Part shown: piece after piece, positions 45,442 through 49,245 of the stretch
How positions within the stretch are numbered: the stretch's first letter is position 1
Layout of the letters: the number at the start of each line of letters is the position of its first letter
Origin: a virus
Lineage: Duplodnaviria > Caudoviricetes
Strand: one strand, 5' to 3'
Length of the DNA stretch: 49,245 bases
Virus record (IMG/VR): IMGVR_UViG_3300027653_000016
Location: 1-49,245 of that record
The notes under the pieces: generated by a model
Told to the model about the DNA's origin: nothing
Databases searched by the model: none
What the model saw: only the letters and a program-made list of their open reading frames with translations
Position numbers and translations under genes: made by a program

Positions 45442-46169
45442 ATTGACCCCTGCCCGGTCGGGTAGTAGCGGCGCGGCATATCCGGCGACCAGATCTGAAG
45501 CGGCTGCCGGTTTTTACCCGGGTTGACCATGTCGAGCCAACCGTCGATAGCGGCTATCCCAAAACGACCGATCGCCGACAGGTCTGCGGTATCAGTCAGG
45601 CTGTACGTGACCCCTTCGCGCGTCACCTGCGTGACCCGCTCCGGGAGGGCACAGGCGTCGCCGTTGCAGTCTTTCCATATCTCCCCCGCAAGCCGCGTCA
45701 CCGCCCGAATCGCCGCCGGGTCACCTTTAACGGGTAGTCCCTCCCAGTAGACGATTCCCCATGTTCCCGGCGCCGTCAACGGCAGGTCGAGGCGCTGACA
45801 TGCGGGGAAGCACTGCCCCTTCGGCATGACCAGAAGCGAATAGTTATACAGCCGGTAATCGCATAGCTCGATACCGTCGCGGATTACCGCTTCTACCGAC
45901 GACACATACGCCGGAAGCGTGACCGTGCATAGCGGTGTGCATCCGCACGGCCCCGCACAGGGCCACCCCTGGTCGGGGCCGCACGGACGCACCACGCGTC
46001 GACAGGGGCCGTAGGTCCCGCCAGTGAGCCGCCGCAAAATTTCCGAAGCGATTCGGATCGCATCATGATGCGACTGATCCCATTCGTCTGGGTCATCCGG
46101 CCACTCCGGCGGTAGACAGTCAGGGTCTACCGGCCACGGCTCACAAAAGCACTCATCTACGGCCCCCAC
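45432..46169 (-). CDS. Head-to-tail adaptor
   Basis: ASEILRRLTG..YG.C...VRPC; CALPERVTQVTREGVT; WL..VNP. Confidence 0.8.
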   Translation of the reverse strand: MGAVDECFCEPWPVDPDCLPPEWPDDPDEWDQSHHDAIRIASEILRRLTGGTYGPCRRVVRPCGPDQGWPCAGPCGCTPLCTVTLPAYVSSVEAVIRDGIELCDYRLYNYSLLVMPKGQCFPACQRLDLPLTAPGTWGIVYWEGLPVKGDPAAIRAVTRLAGEIWKDCNGDACALPERVTQVTREGVTYSLTDTADLSAIGRFGIAAIDGWLDMVNPGKNRQPLQIWSPDMPRRYYPTGQGSIWR

Positions 46170-46176
46170 GGTTCAC

Positions 46177-48207
46177 CTACCGCTTTTTCGTAGCCCGCTT
46201 CGCGGACGCCTTACGCGCCGCCGCGGCCGCCGTGGTGATTTGCAGCGTCTCCGACCACAGGCTATCGGCGCTGGCAGTCCCGTCGCCGACGGCTTTCACT
46301 TGGGTGTCGTACGTGGTTCCCGGGTTTAGTGACGCCATCGTGTAGTCGGGTGTGGCCTGCTGCTCCACTTCGTTCCAGATGTTCGTGTCGGGGTTGAGGA
46401 TCCGCCACACGTACCCCTGCGCGCCGTCGACAGTGTCGGCGGTGACGTCGACGGTTTCGGCCGTCTCGTTCGATGCGGACAGGTTAGTGGGCGCCGGTAG
46501 GCCGTCGAGTCCGGTGACGGTGACGGTCTCCGATTCGCCGGTGGTTTCACCCGTGACGGCTAGGACGTGGTACTCGCCGGCGGCCTGGTTTTCGGGCACG
46601 ACCAACGCCGTTTCGGGAAGGTTGCCGTCCGCGTCGGCAGTGACATCGGCGCGCGCGACCTGGGCACCGCCTCCGCCTGCTGCACCCGACATGAGCGCGA
46701 CACTTCCGGCGGTTTCGGGGTCGAACCCGGTACCGGAGACGGTGAGTGTGCGGGCAGCTTCATCTCCGGTGCCGTCGACTTCAGTCGGGGCCACCGTTAC
46801 CGCGGCTTCGCCCCCGCCGCCGTCGGTCACGGTGATGGCAGTGTCGTCGGAGACGGTCTCGGCGACCGTACCGACAAGGTGATAGTCGCCGGCAGCTTGC
46901 GCCTCCGGAACCACTAGGGCCGCGCCGGTAAACGCGCCGTCGACGTCGGTAGTGACGTCGACCGACGCGACGGCCTCGCCGGCTTCGCCCGGCGCGCCAG
47001 GCACAAGTTCGACAGTCCCGGCGGTCTCGGCCGGGAACCCGGCACCGTCGACCGTGATAGTCCGGGCCGCTTCATCACCCGACGAATCGACTTCGGTCAC
47101 GTCCGGCGTGAGTGTTGCTTCCGCCGCACCGCCGGTCACGGTGATAGCCGTGTCATCGACAACTGTTTCGCCCACGGTCGCGACCAGGTGGTAGTCGCCT
47201 TCGGCTTGGCCCTCGGGCACTACGACCGCGGCGTCAGCGAATCCGCCATCGGCGTCGGTAGTGACGTCGACCGTGGCGACTTCATCGCCGCCGGATCCGG
47301 GCGCGCCGGACATGAGCGCGACTGTCCCGGCTGTCTCTGCGGGGAACCCGGCGCCGGTGACGGTGATCGTGCGCGCCGCCTCATCGCCCGACGAATCCAC
47401 CTCCGTCTTGTCGGGCGTGATAGTCGCGCCGGTGCCGGCGCCGACAGTGACCGGGGAATCGTCGTGCACCACACTGCCGACAGTCACCACCACGTGGTAG
47501 TCGCCTTCGGCCGTACCCTCCGGTACGGAAAGTGCCGCATCCACGAACGCACCTTCGGCGTCGGTGGTGAATTCCGCGGACCCGACAGCTTCCCCCGCCT
47601 CGCCTGGCGCACCGGGCACGAGTTCAGCGATACCTTCGGTATCAGCCGGGAATCCGGTACCGCCGACGGTGAAAGTTTCGCCGGGAGCGGCCTCGTCCGG
47701 TTCCACGGTCACGGACGGCTCGTCACCGCCACCACCGACCGTTATGCCGGTGTTGTCGCTGGTCACGTCACCCACGGTCACGACGATGTGGTAATCGCCA
47801 GGTTCCGCGCCTTCGGGTACGACGACGGTGGCGCCGTCGAACGCGCCATTGGCGTCGGTAGTGACGGTCGCCGAATCGACTTCGTCGCCCGCCTCACCGG
47901 GTGCACCGGTCATGAGCGTGACGGTGCCTTCCGTGCTGGCGGGGAATCCGGTACCGGACACGCTGATCGTGCGGGCGGCTTCATCCCCGCCCGGATCCAC
48001 CTCAGTTTTGTCCGGCGTGACTTCGCCGTCGCCGCCGTCCACGGGAAGCGGCAGGTCGAATGTGACGGTTTGGGTGGCGTCGCTTTGCTCATGCGACACC
48101 GTCACCGTCCCGGACGTCGCGGTCTCTTCGTATGTTTTGGTGTCTTCGCCCGAGTCGGGTAGACCTGTTTTCGGTTCGTCTTCGTCCCACTGCACACGCA
48201 CTGTCAT
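46177..48207 (-). CDS. 676-aa acidic decoration/fibre protein: half Ig domain, five ~100-aa Ig(IPT/TIG)-like repeats, FN3 domain, basic tail
   Basis: Five TV.G.GF...TTD..G.F...VPE...GDYH repeats; LPAPTNL...LNPGTTY..QVKA FN3; ATG overlaps upstream TGA. Confidence 0.85.
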   Translation of the reverse strand: MTVRVQWDEDEPKTGLPDSGEDTKTYEETATSGTVTVSHEQSDATQTVTFDLPLPVDGGDGEVTPDKTEVDPGGDEAARTISVSGTGFPASTEGTVTLMTGAPGEAGDEVDSATVTTDANGAFDGATVVVPEGAEPGDYHIVVTVGDVTSDNTGITVGGGGDEPSVTVEPDEAAPGETFTVGGTGFPADTEGIAELVPGAPGEAGEAVGSAEFTTDAEGAFVDAALSVPEGTAEGDYHVVVTVGSVVHDDSPVTVGAGTGATITPDKTEVDSSGDEAARTITVTGAGFPAETAGTVALMSGAPGSGGDEVATVDVTTDADGGFADAAVVVPEGQAEGDYHLVATVGETVVDDTAITVTGGAAEATLTPDVTEVDSSGDEAARTITVDGAGFPAETAGTVELVPGAPGEAGEAVASVDVTTDVDGAFTGAALVVPEAQAAGDYHLVGTVAETVSDDTAITVTDGGGGEAAVTVAPTEVDGTGDEAARTLTVSGTGFDPETAGSVALMSGAAGGGGAQVARADVTADADGNLPETALVVPENQAAGEYHVLAVTGETTGESETVTVTGLDGLPAPTNLSASNETAETVDVTADTVDGAQGYVWRILNPDTNIWNEVEQQATPDYTMASLNPGTTYDTQVKAVGDGTASADSLWSETLQITTAAAAARKASAKRATKKR

Positions 48208-48776
48208 GGCGTCGTGCCCCCTTCGTTGTTGTTGGTTGTCCATGTGACTCGCGCGGTGTACCCGGTCGGGTCGGACGGGTCCGCCTCCACCTGGGCGTTC
48301 ATGTCGCCCCCGTCTCCGCATCCGGTTGCGTCCCACACGACACGGGCGGTGTACCCGGTCGGGTCGGACGGGTCGGCTTCGACTGTGGCTGTGAGACAGT
48401 CCGTGGCGTCTAGCGGCGTCGTGAACTGGACAACCGCCCGGCGCGTGATGTCGTCGCTATCGGTGACGATGACCGTGTGCGGGCCATCCTCCTCAGCCGT
48501 GAAGGCTTTCTGCGTCGACCCCGTCTCCGGCTGGTTCACCAGTGGCGCGTCGCTATCCCACTGGATATCGACCGCACCGAAACCGGTGTTATCCCACGTC
48601 AAAACGACGGTGCGCCCGGTCGGATCGTCGGGTGACGCGGCGACTTCGGCCGTGATCTGGTCCGGGCACCCTGTCAGGTCCACGCGGGCCATCGCTATCT
48701 GGTCGCCCGCGACGGCTTTCACGATCGCGACTGGGCAACCGGACTGGTACGTATGGGTGAGCGTGTAATCAGCCAT
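48204..48776 (-). CDS. 190-aa adaptor protein, variant copy
   Basis: Six amino-acid differences from 970..1542. Confidence 0.8.
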   Translation of the reverse strand: MADYTLTHTYQSGCPVAIVKAVAGDQIAMARVDLTGCPDQITAEVAASPDDPTGRTVVLTWDNTGFGAVDIQWDSDAPLVNQPETGSTQKAFTAEEDGPHTVIVTDSDDITRRAVVQFTTPLDATDCLTATVEADPSDPTGYTARVVWDATGCGDGGDMNAQVEADPSDPTGYTARVTWTTNNNEGGTTP

Positions 48777-48779
48777 ATC

Positions 48780-49245
48780 TTAGTCACCCCACGTGATCGT
48801 TGGTGTTTCATCGGCGCCCGTCACTGTCGCGACGACCTCAAGCGGGACTTCGCCCGACGACGGTTCGACCGTGAGCGTCATCGTCTGCGGCACGCACATA
48901 CGCTCCGCTCGATACAGCTGTTCGTTACCGTCCGCCCACACGCCGATCGTGTAGCAATCTTCTTCGGTGTACGTGTGGCAGATTTCGGTTTCGCCCTGGA
49001 TTTGTTCGGTTGGTGAACCGTCTCCCCAGTCGATAACCCAATCGCCCTCGTCAGTGATGAGCGTGGCGCACACGGTCATATCGTCGTCGCCGGGCAGAAG
49101 AAGCAGCGGCGGCGCGAGCGGGTTCGACAGCGGCATACCGCCGCAGTACGGTTCGGGAGGCTCCACATCGATCGCCATCATGCGAAGCGCCGAATCCACC
49201 GGAACCGGGGTAATAAACGGGCCCGGTATCGGCGGCTCGCCGGGA
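48780..49245 (-). CDS. Major tail protein, 3' part (variant copy, truncated by window end)
   Basis: Matches C-terminus of 1546..2604 with three substitutions in the listed ORF part. Confidence 0.8.
   Translation of the reverse strand, partial: PGEPPIPGPFITPVPVDSALRMMAIDVEPPEPYCGGMPLSNPLAPPLLLLPGDDDMTVCATLITDEGDWVIDWGDGSPTEQIQGETEICHTYTEEDCYTIGVWADGNEQLYRAERMCVPQTMTLTVEPSSGEVPLEVVATVTGADETPTITWGD

Larger units (their letters stand above)
1..47234. mobile_element. One unit-length actinobacteriophage genome (circularly permuted in this window), possibly a conjugative phage-plasmid
   Basis: Terminase-portal-capsid-tail-tape measure-lysin set present; sequence at 47235 re-enters the sequence at position 1. 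Confidence 0.9.
47235..49245. repeat. Diverged direct repeat, copy B
   Basis: Colinear with 1..2011. Confidence 0.97.

Noticed and set aside
48208-48336. Extended N-terminus of the fibre ORF (719 aa)
   Set aside because: Overlaps the 190-aa gene out of frame; the ATGA-coupled start at 48207 with an upstream AAGGGGG RBS is more plausible
47235-49245. True terminal redundancy
   Set aside because: The copies differ at many positions; packaging redundancy would be identical
1-49245. tRNA/rRNA genes, integrase, att site
   Set aside because: None recognisable by eye; a tRNA scan and HMM search would be needed to exclude them firmly

Overview
One essentially complete ~47.2-kb genome of a GC-rich tailed actinobacteriophage (siphovirus-like), flanked by a diverged 2,011-bp duplication (1..2011 vs 47235..49245). 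The minus strand carries the virion module: terminases, portal, MuF, protease, separate hexamer and pentamer capsid proteins, tail tube, Ig-repeat decoration proteins, head-tail connectors, tape measure, minor tail proteins, endolysin and an unexpected amidase-signature enzyme. Accessory regions carry a promoter-repeat cassette island between terL and portal, YqaJ/ERF recombination genes and an HTH replication initiator with internal iterons. Most striking is a Streptomyces-plasmid-type conjugation block (GntR/UTRA regulator, Spd-like membrane proteins, FtsK/SpoIIIE TraB-like translocase, clt-like repeats); no integrase or ParA is recognisable. A second novelty is a set of Ig/PKD domains split across gene boundaries, with the same half-domain inserted in the capsid pentamer, suggesting plug-and-socket virion decoration. 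All family calls come from motif recognition by eye and were not checked by database search.
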